NCBI GenBank assembly: GCA_965112155.1 | Contig: OZ218106.1 | From: Podarcis liolepis | Taxonomy: Eukaryota | Reading direction: 5' to 3' (one strand) | Length of the DNA: 64,000 bases | Shown: positions 52,525-64,000 of the stretch, piece after piece | Layout of the letters: each line of letters opens with the position of its first letter | Numbering within the stretch: position 1 is the stretch's first letter | Notes under the pieces: model-generated | What the model was told of the DNA's origin: nothing | The model's input: the letters and a program-made list of their open reading frames with translations, nothing else | Database searches by the model: none | Translations under genes and position numbers: made by a program

Positions 52525-52880
52525 GGGATGCGGGTGGCGCTGTGGGTTAAACCACAGAGCCTAGGACTTGCCAATCAGAAGGTTGGTGGTTCGAATCCCC
52601 GCAACAGGGTGAGCTCCCATTCCTCGGTCCCTGCTCCTGCCAACCTAGCAGTTCGAAAGCACGTCAAAGTGCAAGTAGATAAATAGGTACCGCTCCAGCG
52701 GGAAGGTAAATGGTGTTTCCGTGCACTGCTCTGGTTCGCCAGAAGCGGCTTAGTCATGCTGGCCACATGATCCGGAAGCTCTACGCTGGTTCCCTCAGCC
52801 AATAAAGCGAGATGAGCGCCGCAACCCCAAAGTCGGCCACGACTGGACCTAATGGTCAGGGGTCCCTTTACCTTTACCTT
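52525..52880 (+). mobile_element. Full-length Sauria SINE (lacertid/POM type)
   Basis: tRNA head with A-box TGGCGCTGTGGG and B-box GGTTCGAATCC; Sauria core GCCAACCTAGCAGTTCGAAAGCAC...GATAAATAGGTACC; (ACCTTT)n tail; 11-bp TSD AATGTTTCCTT at 52514-52524 and 52881-52891. Confidence 0.95.
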
Positions 52881-54024
52881 AATGTTTCCTTGCCATCTTA
52901 ACAAGACTGCAAGAGTCAGACATATATGGAATAGAAGCATCACAACTGACAAGATGCCAGTTACCCCCCCCCCAAAGCCCACATTTCTTTATGCAAGATA
53001 ATTTAAGGCCTTCAAAAGAATAGAAACGTGTCAAGGTGCCTCTGCGGTACACCCAGCAAAGCCACTTAGAACAGTCGTCTCACTAACATGGGCAATTAAG
53101 ATCCATTTCCTTTCGGTTCCATTTATCTGAGAAGATAAGTAGGAAATTAGCACAATTAAATGCCAGAAATCCATAATAGTCCTTCCAAAATGAATTTCCT
53201 CTCACCACATCCCTTCATGCAAATGTAAATAAAATACAAAAACCATTAAGTGTGGAAAGCAGCATTAAAATAATTTCAGGTCACATAATACATTGCAAGA
53301 AAAAGCATGTGCTAAAATGGCTAAGCCTTGTGATCTCATAGTATCTGGTGGGTGGAATTCATCAGTGTAGCTCAGCATTTCAGTTAAAGGTGAATTTTAC
53401 ACCTAAGAAGAGTCCTGCTGGATCAGGCAAAAGGCACATCTAGCTCAGAATCCTGTTCTCACAGAACACAGCACACCCAGGAGATCATAAAAATGCAAGT
53501 GCTTTGAGTGTGGTTAGCAGGACCCCATATTGAAAACATTCATGTATAAAAGCTCTGAAAGATGAGCTTTTGTCTCCTTGGTCTGCCCTTGCTTCAAAGG
53601 TGGAGACCAGATGCAGGAAGATTCCCCCCCCCCCCCGCCGCCCACATTTGTTTATGGCCTGTTGACACAGTCATCTCCACATGATCCCATACCCAGGGAC
53701 ATTCAGGAGAAATCACATGGGGGGGGGGGTTGGCTGCATCTTTCAGGTTAAGAATGGCATGTACTACCTCATTGATCTTATGACTTCAAAGATTGGCAGA
53801 TGGTTTTCTTCTGTAAACCAGGACTGGAAGAGTGAGATCTGCAGTGGAAAAGCAATAGGTAGGAGGATGGTGGTGCTTGAGTCCTTCCCTGCTTGCCTAT
53901 GTCACCCCACAATCCCCATCAGCTGCTTTTCATTCAACTCATTTTCTAGACCTGTGATTGGGAACATGGGTTGGGAAGAGCTGATGGAGAGTGGAGATGT
54001 TAAAGAGGAATGGAGCATAGCAGC

Positions 54025-54205
54025 CTAGGAAGCTAGCTTCTACTGAGTCAGCCCATTGGTGGAGCAAGCTCAGTATTATCTGCATTAACAAACAATTGCT
54101 TTCCAGGATTGCAGACAAATATCTCTTCTAGTCCCACCTGGAGTTGTGAGGGATTGAACATGGGACCTTCTCTATACCAAGCATGTGCTCTACCACTCAT
54201 CTATG
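54025..54205 (-). mobile_element. Squam3-like SINE
   Basis: Reverse B-box GGGATTGAACATGGGACCTTC and A-box TGCTCTACCACT. Confidence 0.55.
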
Positions 54206-56540
54206 GAAGAGGAAGGGTCAAATGGCTTTCCACTTGTCATTCCCCCTGCTCTGCAGATCACTTCTGATGCTAATGTGTTCTGTAGGCACAGCAGATGAGT
54301 GTTGCAGATGTGAACACTGATCTAAAATTGAATGGTTTGAATGGCATTTCACTTAGGGCAAGTCTCAGCCAAAGTCTAAAACATCTTTGGTCCCATGAAT
54401 TGGGACTTAAGTACATGTCTAATACCTTTGTCCCTTGAAATAAAGAGGAGATAAGAGTACTTATGGGTGGGCTAATATTCTGACTATATATATATATGCA
54501 CTATGCTAGACCATAGTGTAAGTTTAATTCATTTGCAACTGGTAACAATGTCATTGTGCTTCTGGAAATGTAGTTATGACCTGAGCTTTGGGGAATGTTT
54601 AAAAAGCCAGACCCAGACTCAAGAGGCAGGCCTTCACACAGAAGCCTTGTTTTCCAGCATACTTAATTGAATCGTGTTCCATGAAAATGTATGTTTATTA
54701 ATAAATACATGTTTTTGAATCATCATAGCAACTTTTAGATATTAATGGAAACAGAAAGACTTTTTCAAAATTGACAGCATTGTAATTTGATGCTATGGAT
54801 CACTGTCTCACTTGGAAATGAATTGATATTATAAAATACGCTTTTCTCACATCAATAATGATTAATAATGAGAGCTGTGTTTTCTTGCGGGCTGGAGTAT
54901 TTCAACTTTGCTTTACGAGCCATCAAGTTTCAGATTGATGGAATGCAGTGCCTTTGTAAAACTTTATTTTTATGGTGTGTTACTCAAACCACTGCAATCC
55001 ACATGACCTAATGTGTTACAGGACAAAGGTATGAACACAGACCACTAGCTGAACAATGAAAGCTAAGATTGCAAATGCAAACCTCATGTTAAGGAATCAG
55101 ATGGTGGGAACATGCCCACATAACATGCATTTCTCATATTATGTTAAATTGCTTGCTGCTCACACAAAAAAGCCATGGGTTCTGAGCTGCAGTTGGTAAG
55201 AATGAAAACCTCTGCTAATGTAGCGCTCTCTTAATCACAGGGTTGAAAGGATCACATATGCTATTCCCCGCAACTTTTGAGCTTTTACTCCATCCCTAGA
55301 AAGGTGTTTGCGGAGGGTAATTTACAGGGACTTGGTACACTCAGACAGATATACCCCTAGCAGAATTGTTCAGTGAAATCTATGCTTTGGCCAGCAAACC
55401 AGCTGCTTGAAATCCCACCCAATCTGTTGATTTTCAGCTCATTTTAGTTGCACTCCCAAAGATCCTATATGCTTCATCCAGATTCACATAGCAATATGGC
55501 AACTGCAATCTTAAGGTGCCACATAAACAGTCAGTGCACTTGCAGCCTTGTTTTGCACCCCCAAGAGGAATTGTTTATGAAGCAACGATGATACAGTGCA
55601 TCCGTGAGCAAAGGGCATATATGTTGAAATATATATTCTAGTTTTAGAATCTTAAACATAAGCAAGTATTGTAAAATAAATGAGATCAGCTATAATCTAG
55701 CAGAAATTATATGGATCCTAGGTCTACAACTTCACCAACAGAATTCCATCTTAACTAAGCCATCTGTTATATTTTGGGTGAATTTTATGGCAACCACAGT
55801 TTAGTGTATCACATCTCACAAAACATGATGACTTTTATCAGCTGCTTTTCCCTGTCATCCTTATGTATGGCAGATGATAGCATGATGGCTGAGCACTGGC
55901 CTTATAGGCAACAGACAGGAAGGAACCATTTTGACAGAGGGAAAACACACACCACATAGCATTTGGTTTTATTGCATAGCATGCAAGCATCAGCCAAGGA
56001 GTATGGAATGTTACTTGAGACCAGTTTATCTAGAGGATACACTGTAAACAGGATAATGCTTTGTTAATGGTAGAAGAACAGATACATGTACAGCCTTCTA
56101 TATTAAAGTAGCACGCATAGCAAATAACCTTACCTAAGCATTGAGGAAATGGTATGGAAACATTCATTTCTCCAAGATTAAAAATAATGATAGTAATTCA
56201 GCACTCTTGCCCTACAAATGTATTTGGAAGAGGAAGTCTGACATCTTGTCATGGTCATTTAAATCAACAATGCCTAATGCTCGTCAGAGTTCATAACATG
56301 CCAGAAGGATGTAATATCATCATAATGGTGCTCTTCTCTAATGACTGTCTCAGCAAAGAAAATTAAAGTACCACTGAGCAGCTAGTGTAATGAGTCTTTA
56401 GTTATTTATTTCCAACTCCAGTGAGTAAGCTAAAACATCACTTTAGCTTTGCACTGTCATGATGAATCCAGAGCATGGTGACTTCCCAGGTATCCTAATC
56501 CTAAATTAGATTTCCTGTCTCAAAGCTTGTCTTGGAGTAC

Positions 56541-56730
56541 AGAAACATAGGAAGTTGTCTTCTGCTCAGTCAGACCGTTGACCAATCACACTAAGTAAGT
56601 CTATGCTGACTAGCATCAGCTATCCAGGGTTGCAGGTGAGAGACTCTTACAGCCCTTACTGGAGCTGTGAAGGGTTGAACCTGAGGCTGTGTGCCTGCAG
56701 AACAGATGCTCTGCCACTGAGCCACAGCCC
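56541..56730 (-). mobile_element. Squam3-like SINE
   Basis: AACATAGGAAGTTG tail; GGGTTGAACCTGAGG...TGCTCTGCCACTGAGC. Confidence 0.55.
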
Positions 56731-58134
56731 AGTAGGTTCCATCTTATGAAAAGGGGATTTCTATGAAAATGCAGATCAAGTGAACCATGAAAGCAATCAT
56801 ACTGCAAACTGTTGGTGATCATTTTGGGCGAGGGGGGTGGATACTATTAAAGTTGTGTCAAAAGCAAATTAGTTACAGTTGTTGAAAATTATTTGGAAAT
56901 GTCAAGAATGCAGGTCTTTTGTTGACTCTGAAAAGGCATTTTCCATCTGGCTCCAAGCATAAAAATATCCTGAAGTGACCTGCATATGTGAAGGCTCACT
57001 TGAATAAATGATAATACAGTACTGCTATGGGATAACATAAGCCCATTCACGGTGGGCTCCATCCAATAGAAAATTCCATCTGAAGTTGGGACAGAATCCC
57101 AAGTCATTGAAATGTAATTATGCCTGCTAGAAAGTTCCTGCAGAGAATGTAGATGCAGAGCAAATGGCACTGTTAATGAAATTGGGTCTGCTTTCTCCAT
57201 CATAATTTGTTTTGCACTAAGAATAAAAGCTAAAATTGCTAAAATTAAATCCCAGCAAAAGATTAACCAATGCAATGCAATAAGCTGTTTATGTGAACTA
57301 AAGTTAATGAAACTGATACTTACCAATAGCAGTAAACAGGAGAAAGAGGGAAAAGCAGCAGCATCAAGGCATATTTTCGCCTCATTGTTGTATTAAATTG
57401 TTTAAAGCCAAGACATATAATCTCCTAAACAGCATATATAGTAAACACCTATAAAAAGCAGCATTTAATAAAAGCTAAGAAATATAGTTATGGCTTTCAT
57501 AACTGATTTTAAGATGCCTCCAAGAAAATTAAATACTTGTTCTTCATTATCGTATAATAGCAGTGTTGCACATAGCTGGAACCCTGCACAATTTTTAAGA
57601 AAACTGAAGCAGCCATTTCAGCCCAGTATCTACAGTCCAGCATCCAGTAACTTTTTCAGTCTGTTGATACTCAACTCAGGTTAGATATTATGTGTCATCA
57701 TGGAAATTTTGTGTCTTCTGGAGAATAGTCATACATTGTATCTAATGGCAATGGATGTAAAGGGCAGTCACGGAGAGAGAGGGAATTCTCAAACTTTTGA
57801 TATAAAGTTAAACGCATCTGTTATATTGACAATTCATTGACTACAGGTTTTCATGGTTTTCTAAAAACGTTTTATATCTTTGTGCATTGATAGCTTATGT
57901 GCGGAAAGAATATAAATACTTCTATAAGTAAATGAATAAAATACTAAGGAATATCCAGTGCTTCTTTTCTAAAAAAAATGTTTAAGGGGTACTCTCATTT
58001 TCCTACTCATATTGAAATACTGCCCCTCAATGAGGCCAAACTTAGATCCACAAAATGTTTAGGGGTATGTGTACCCCTGCGTCTCCCCAGAAAAAAAGCA
58101 CTGGGAATATCTACTAAGATGGAGATAGAGCAGC

Positions 58135-58135
<1 letters not shown>

Positions 58136-58184
<49 letters not shown>

Positions 58185-58904
58185 TTATTTATACCTCGCC
58201 CATCTGGCTGGGCTTCCCCAGCCACTCTGGGCGGCTTCCAAAAAAATATTAAAATACTGTAATACATCAAACATTAATAGCTTCCCTAAACAGGGCTGCC
58301 TTCAGATGTCTTCTAAAAGTCTGGTAGTTGTTGTTATCTTTGACATCTGGTGGGAGGGCATTCCACAGGGCAGGTGCCACTACCGAGAAGGCCCTCTGCC
58401 TGGTTCCCTGTAACTTGGCTTCTCGCAGCGAGGGAACCGCCAGAAGGTCCTCGGTGCTGGACCTCAGTGTCTGGGTAGAACGATGGGGGTGGAGACGCTC
58501 CTTCAGATATACTGGACTGAGGCCGTTTAGGGCTTTAAAGGTCAGCACCAACAATTTTAATTGTGTTCGGAAACGTACTGGGAGCCAATGTAGGTCTTTC
58601 AAGACCAGTGTTATATGGTCTCGGCAGCCGCTCCCAGTCACCAGTCTAGCTGCTGCATTCTGGATAAGTTGTAGTTTCCAGGTCACCTTCAAAGGTAGCC
58701 CCACGTAGAGCGCATTGCAGTAGTCCAAGTGGGAGATAACTAAAGCATGCACCACTCTGGCGAGGCAGTGTGCAGACAGATAGGGTCTCAGCCTGCGTAC
58801 CAGATGGAGCTGGTAGACAGCTGCCCTGGACACAGATTTGACCTGTGCCTCCATGGACAGCTGTGAGTCCAAAATGACTCCCAGGCTGTGCACCTGGTCC
58901 TTCA
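58136..58904 (-). mobile_element. Relatively young 5'-truncated L2 LINE with (TTA)n tail
   Basis: Uninterrupted 212-aa ORF2 C-terminus (58267-58905) with SLGVILDSQL, HALVISHLDYCNALYVGLP, LQLIQNAAARLV, HITLVLKDLHWLP and RAFSVVAPALWNALP; (AAT)16 tail at 58136-58183. Confidence 0.95.
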
Positions 58905-58937
58905 TGAATAATCATGAATGTGCAAAATACAGTAATG

Positions 58938-59115
58938 GGGGGCAGAGCATCTGCTTTGCATATAAGCATCTCAGGTTCAATTTTTGGCATCACCAGGTAA
59001 GGCTAGGAGAGTCCCCTGCCTCAAACCCCTGGAGAGCCACTGCCAGTCAGTGTAGGTAACATTGAGCTAGAAGGACCAATGGCCTGACTAGATATATGGC
59101 AGCTTTCTATGTTCC
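58938..59115 (+). mobile_element. Squam3-like SINE
   Basis: GCAGAGCATCTGCTTTGCAT...AGGTTCAA (B-box)...GAGAGCCACTGCCAGTCAGTGTAG...GGCAGCTTTCTATGTTCC. Confidence 0.65.
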
Positions 59116-59619
59116 ACTTGCCCAGTGAAGTTTACTGCTTGAAATACTTTCATAGAAGATGCATTGCAGGAAATCAAGGGACTGCTACTTTTAAGAAAGA
59201 AGTGCGCAACAGGATATTTTCTTACATTGGACCATTAACATTTGCCTCAGGAAAAGCTCATAATGAGTATCTTCCTGGAGAATTAGTTGAATAGCTGACA
59301 CCACAGCAGGCAATGAATTCTCCTGCAGATATCCTTCATGGAATGGTCCGGGAAACCACTGTAAACTGCTATTCAAAATCAATAGGATCAGAAATGTAAT
59401 ATCGGTTCCAGGTGTTGGCTAGCAGGTGTTGAAGCCTTATCCCATAATGGATTTTTGTACACAAATCCTTTTTATTTCAGCATTTGACTACTTGAATAGC
59501 TCAGAAAACAACATGAAGTGTGATTTTCAAAAGAGAAACAAACACAGTAGCTAATGCAGGGATATTGCAGAGACATAAAAGGGTGTGCTTTCCATGAATA
59601 TAATCTTGACATGCTCGTT

Positions 59620-59925
59620 GGTTGTATCCAGTTGGTGTTCCTCCACTGACAGAAGGCTCTTTAATCAAGCAGAGGCTGGTTAGCAGAAAGGCAAGAGAAG
59701 CAATCTTCTATAATTCTCCTTTTCCCTGTCTTGAAGTTGCCCCTTAAAAAAAAATACTCCAAAGAAATAAGGGGCTTTTGAACACTATGGGAGGTGGCAA
59801 GGGGTTTGTAGAAGGGTATAAAAATTATCATTCCACTTCCTTCCTTCCTCCTGATTCAAATGCAGAAATGCTCTGCTGGGTCAAATAACCTTCTGACAGT
59901 AGATGGACACCAATTGTAATAAAGC
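59620..59925. mobile_element. Degenerate palindromic MITE
   Basis: Long imperfect inverted termini TTGGTGT...ACTGACAGAAGG / CCTTCTGACAGT...ACACCAA. Confidence 0.45.
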
Positions 59926-60474
59926 TCAGTATAATGAAACTACCCTAAAATCACACACACAAAAATATTAAGCACATTTTCTACTTTTGGATTTTATGGA
60001 GCTAAACAGACACCATTCTGTGTAACATATTGAGTGATAGTCATCTGTTACTCAGAGTAGACCTATTGAGATTAATGAACATGATTGCATCAAGTCCATT
60101 CATTTCAGTAGGTCTTCTTTAAGTAAAATACAATGGAATGCCTTTCGTTCTCCCCAACAGGTAAATAAATACTGACTGACAATTCCCAGATAATAGGGGT
60201 AAAATAAAGTTTTCCGAAGGTGTGGTCTCACTGTGTGCTTCTCTAAGGAAAGCTACAACCACTCCTTTCTTTCAAGGATCTGCTTACAGTAGATCTTATG
60301 ACACCAGCCATTTTCATGCTCCCTTCCTAAAGCTAGCCATCACTACCCATGGGATGTAAAGATCCAGGATAACTGTGTGGCCAACTGTAGATAGGTAGCC
60401 GTGTTGGTCTGCCATAGTCAAAATAAAAAAATTCCTTCCAGTAGCACCTTAAAGACCAACTAAGTTAGTTCTTG

Positions 60475-60512
60475 GTATGAGCTTTCGTGTGCATGCACAC
60501 TTCTTCAGATAC
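60475..60512 (-). ncRNA. Minimal type-I hammerhead ribozyme motif (copy 1)
   Basis: GUAU-CUGAAGA-A-GUGUG(CAUG)CACAC-GAAA-GC-UC-AUAC: stem I GUAU/AUAC, catalytic core CUGANGA and GAAA, stem II, palindromic AGCU stem III and UC cleavage site. Confidence 0.85.
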
Positions 60513-60531
60513 CCAACTAAGTTAGTTCTTG

Positions 60532-60569
60532 GTATGAGCTTTCGTGTGCAAGCACACTTCTTCAGATAC
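60532..60569 (-). ncRNA. Minimal type-I hammerhead ribozyme motif (copy 2)
   Basis: Same as copy 1, with loop II CUUG. Confidence 0.85.
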
Positions 60570-61670
60570 ACTGAAACAGAAGTTGCCAGATCCTTCTATA
60601 TAGTGAGAAGGTGGGGAGGGGTGTTACTGAGAAGGGTGGTGGGAATGGGAGATAGGCAGATAGCTGAGAGAGCCTCTTGACGACTCTTAACGACTGTAAT
60701 AGGTCTTACAGGAAAAGGCAAGGGGTGGGAAGGTGGGAAATGGTATAGTTATGTATAGTGAGATAAGTCATGTACAGCTCCAAGTCATGCTATCCACAAC
60801 TTCAGTAGAGTGATGCACCAGGTTCAGATCCACAAAAGAATGCTGAGACCTCATCATTCTAAGGATGATGGGAGCTGTAGTCTGACAATACCTGGAGGGT
60901 CACAGGCTCCCAATCCCTGGTTTAGTGGATCACAAACAGTGCTGATAACTTTAGGGAAGTCAAGTGATACAACAAATCCATATTATCTATGGATAAGAAG
61001 TTTCTTAGACCTTCAGCTTTGTAATCAACTGTGGGTAATGGAACACTACAGTAGTCTGTTGTTTTTTAACTCCCAGAGTGATGTAGTGGCGGTTTACTAT
61101 AGTGTGATCCCATTAATACCAAGGACTGCACAAGTGTAACTGGACATTGTATAGGTGTCAAGACAGCATAATTTATTTTTGATAATACCCCATTTTCCAT
61201 TGCCTAGTCACTTGGCTGTTGAAAAGATCAATAATGGTATATAATTTTTATGAGTGGGTTTTCTTATTATCTAGTTAAATTCAAAGAGAAGTTAACTCAG
61301 GCTTGAAACATTATAGTGGTGCAGAGTAAGCAATACCAAGAGGGAAGAAAATCCTAGTGAGTGTGGAGAACAAGCTCTCATGAATACACATCTACAAAAA
61401 GAGCACAATTTAACACTGATTGCTATGATGGCTCAAGGGTACGCAGCAATGTTGAATTATTATTACACATTGTGGAATTTTTATTTGGCTTGCCAAAGTC
61501 TGTAGAGCACAGCTGATCTCCCTAATGTGAAACTGTCTGGCAGGCATATTTTTATTCTTACAAAACTTTTACTACTTAAAATGTCATTTCTTTTCCTTTG
61601 TTCCAAACATTCTGCCATTGTGCCTTATTTGATGACGTAGACCAACCTGGTACCATTCAAATGTATAGAC

Positions 61671-61921
61671 CAGAGCTCAGCAACCTTTTTCAGCTGTGGG
61701 CCAGTCCACCATCCCTCAGACCATGTGGTGGGTCGGACTATATTTTGGGGAAAAAATATGAACAAATTCCTATGCCCCACAAATAACCCAGAGATGCATT
61801 CTAAATAAAAGCACACATTCTACTCACGTAAAAACACGCAGATTCCCGGACCATCCACAGGCCGGATTGAGAAGGTGATTGGGCCGCATCTGGCTCCCAG
61901 GCCTTAGGTTACCTACCCCTG
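61671..61921. mobile_element. hAT-Charlie (MER30/MER58-like) MITE, 251 bp
   Basis: 8-bp TSD GTATAGAC at 61663-61670 and 61922-61929; imperfect TIR CAGAGCTCAGCAACC / GGTTACCTACCCCTG. Confidence 0.85.
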
Positions 61922-62125
61922 GTATAGACTGTAACTTTGATCAGCCCCAAGGGGACACCATTTGGAGGACACCAGCTTGGGTAAGACTGGAGTAGACCAT
62001 GTGGATAGCTGCAGGATGGAAACAAAGGGCATCAAGTTACTGACTAGTTCCCAAAAGTGAAGTGAGATGCCTTCCGTACATGTTCCATAACTTCTATTGC
62101 ATTGACATACTGCATCCTGTACAAG

Positions 62126-62445
62126 AAGGGTGGGGAACCTCAGACCCAGGGACAAAGTGGCCCTTCCCTCTATCTGGCCCTCAAGATTCTCCCCATGCCA
62201 CACACCCCTCTCCAGACAGAGGAGAAGGGCTTTCCTGGCTTTTCCACCAGTGGGTGGGGTTGGCAGTGTGGTAGGCGCTGGCTTGCAAGGGAGGAAGCCT
62301 CACACGGAGGTCTTTCATGTCTATCTGCTGTCTCCGGATATAATTGGATTTCATGTCCCATTATCCTGAGGAAGCATGCATGGTGATCAGGGAATATGGG
62401 ATTTGTAGCCCCAAACCATATGCAGGGCCATAGGTTCCCCATCTC
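62126..62445. mobile_element. Degenerate hAT-Charlie MITE
   Basis: TIR-like GGGTGGGGAACCT ... AGGTTCCCCATC. Confidence 0.5.
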
Positions 62446-63184
62446 TCTTCTGGAGAAACCCACTAGCTTTTCTTCCATTGAAATCCGACTTTCTGATTCT
62501 GGGCACAAAATGGCTTGTTGATCATCACAAAAGGATAAAAGTATATAGAATAAGAGTAGTCAGCAAGGACCATATAACTGAAGGCCTATAGTCCCCTTGT
62601 CTCAGGGTGTGAAAACTTGGCAGATGAAAAAGAGCTGCTCATCAGTTGGATGATGTTGCACCAGTTTAGCAGGGAACTTGCACATCCTCTTAGGCAGCCC
62701 TGTGCACAATGTTGCCAAATGTTGAAAAGATGAATAGCAGCCTTTATGGAGAATTCAAGTGAGAGGGGCTTATGAAGTACAATGTTCATTTTCAGAGACA
62801 GCCTAGTTCTGACAACCAGATGCTAGAGAGGAATTATAGGGAAAGGATGTCTTCATCATGCCTCCTTTGTGGACCTAGTTGGGACATCTGGTTGGCCCCT
62901 GTCAATGGATAATCCTTAGAAAATGTAATATCTCTTGAACAGCAGTGTTACCTTGAAGGAAGACATCTGGACTCTCTGCAACAAAGGGAGTAACAGTTGC
63001 ATATTTATTGCATTAAAAGAAACAGAAATTTGTTGGGGAAAGCTCCTCTGGGTTGAAAATGTGAAGGAGTGTTGATTATTTTTTCACCTGTGAATATATG
63101 TCACTTATTCAGTTTGTAGCCAGGAACTGAGAGATGCAGCAAAGCAGAACACATTTCAGGGAAAGGAAGAGGTCAAAAAGAATA

Positions 63185-64000
63185 TCTGTTGTTGACATCT
63201 GTCTGTCTCAAGAGACAATGAAAGAGTGCACCTTTGGCAGTAAAGTTGAAGAGTAACAGCGCCTGCTGTGGCTGTGGAGATTGATATGGGAGAGTGATAT
63301 GAAGGTGACCGGTTTTCCCGCTAAAGCTGCACCATGACATTTCTTCTCTTTGTGCTCCTCCCAACAGTCATTCCTTCTCTAATCACTGCTGTGGATGGAT
63401 ACATGAACAGAGTGATTGTCTCCAGACATTGCAGTCATCTACAAGGGATTTTCATACAATGGGCTTAATGTTACCAATTTTCACGTCACATTTGCAGACA
63501 TCTTTGTAATGCACAATTGGTCTGCCAACAGGCTTGGTGCCTCTCTGCAGAGCACGTCTTTGGGGATCCTGCCATCTTCCATTCTGTGTACATGACCAAG
63601 CCAACATAGAGCAACAGGGAGATGAATATGCCAAAGACAGCTGGAGCAAGAACACAGTCCTGTTTCTTTATAGGGAAGACATCTGAGTATGAACTGTCAT
63701 ACTAGACAGAGAAATGCATGGGCTCAAGGAAGGACATGGAGCATAGGTGGGCATCCTATCTTGTTAAGCAATGTGAAAAGTCATTTTTGGCTCACAAGGT
63801 CAGACATCTTCATCAGGACTTAGTTGAAGATATCCAGGAGCCCAATTCAGGCATTCAGCCTACTCATTTGATTCTGAATAACCTTGCTCTGAATCTGACA
63901 GGAGGGAAGTATGGTGGCTCCTCACTGCAGTGCTCATGGAGGAGAGTGTGCAATGGAACAGTGATGCAATGCAGTGGGTGGGACTAGACAATACATCCTG
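63185..64000 (-). mobile_element. Old RTE-clade LINE, 3' part
   Basis: Minus-strand WLGHVHRMEDGRIPKD...KPVGRPIVHYKDVCKCD (RTE ORF C-terminus) followed by HSHSRRC and a (CAA) tail; runs off the window edge. Confidence 0.8.

Larger units (their letters stand above)
60456..60569. repeat. 57-bp tandem duplication (2 units, 1 mismatch)
   Basis: 60456-60512 and 60513-60569 differ only at CATG/CAAG in the hairpin loop. Confidence 0.97.
60390..60765 (-). mobile_element. Penelope-like element pseudo-LTR remnant
   Basis: Diagnostic reptile PLE sequence GGTAGCCGTGTTGGTCTG...GTAGCACCTTAAAGACCAAC...AGCTTTCG...CACTTCTTCAGAT; contains hammerhead motifs. Confidence 0.85.

Noticed and set aside
60456-60569. 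CRISPR-like interpretation of the hairpin-containing direct repeat
   Set aside because: Only two units, no spacers, eukaryotic context and no cas genes; explained by a Penelope hammerhead duplication.
5613-63987. The many 60-170 aa ORFs in the track (poly-L, poly-K, poly-N ORFs etc.)
   Set aside because: Consistent with random ORFs, microsatellite translations or TE fragments; none has a recognisable host protein domain, so no host gene is called.

Overview
Eukaryotic, repeat-rich, apparently non-coding (intronic or intergenic) DNA from a squamate reptile, most likely a lacertid lizard. The taxon is inferred from a Podarcis-type Sauria SINE, Squam3-like SINEs, squamate-type CR1/L2/RTE LINEs, hAT and Tc1-mariner MITEs, and a Penelope remnant. 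No host protein-coding exon could be recognised. The dominant feature is a complete, apparently very recent Ty1/Copia LTR retrotransposon on the minus strand (322-5458). It has two 443-bp LTRs that look identical by eye, a 5-bp AATAA target-site duplication and one intact 1320-aa Gag-PR-IN-RT-RH ORF. Its termini are non-canonical (TG...GA), its primer-binding site is of the half-tRNAiMet (Drosophila copia/hemivirus) type, and there are extra tRNAiMet-complementary boxes inside the LTR. The second highlight is a Penelope-like pseudo-LTR remnant (~60390-60765) in which a 57-bp unit carrying a minimal hammerhead ribozyme is tandemly duplicated. That geometry could let two obligate-dimer ribozymes fold in cis and release a 57-nt RNA. 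The rest is a mosaic of young and old TEs, LINE-tail-derived microsatellites, several TE-free motif-dense blocks that look like conserved enhancers, and one CpG-enriched candidate promoter or first exon (~39550-39900). All family assignments were made by eye from motifs and need confirmation by alignment.
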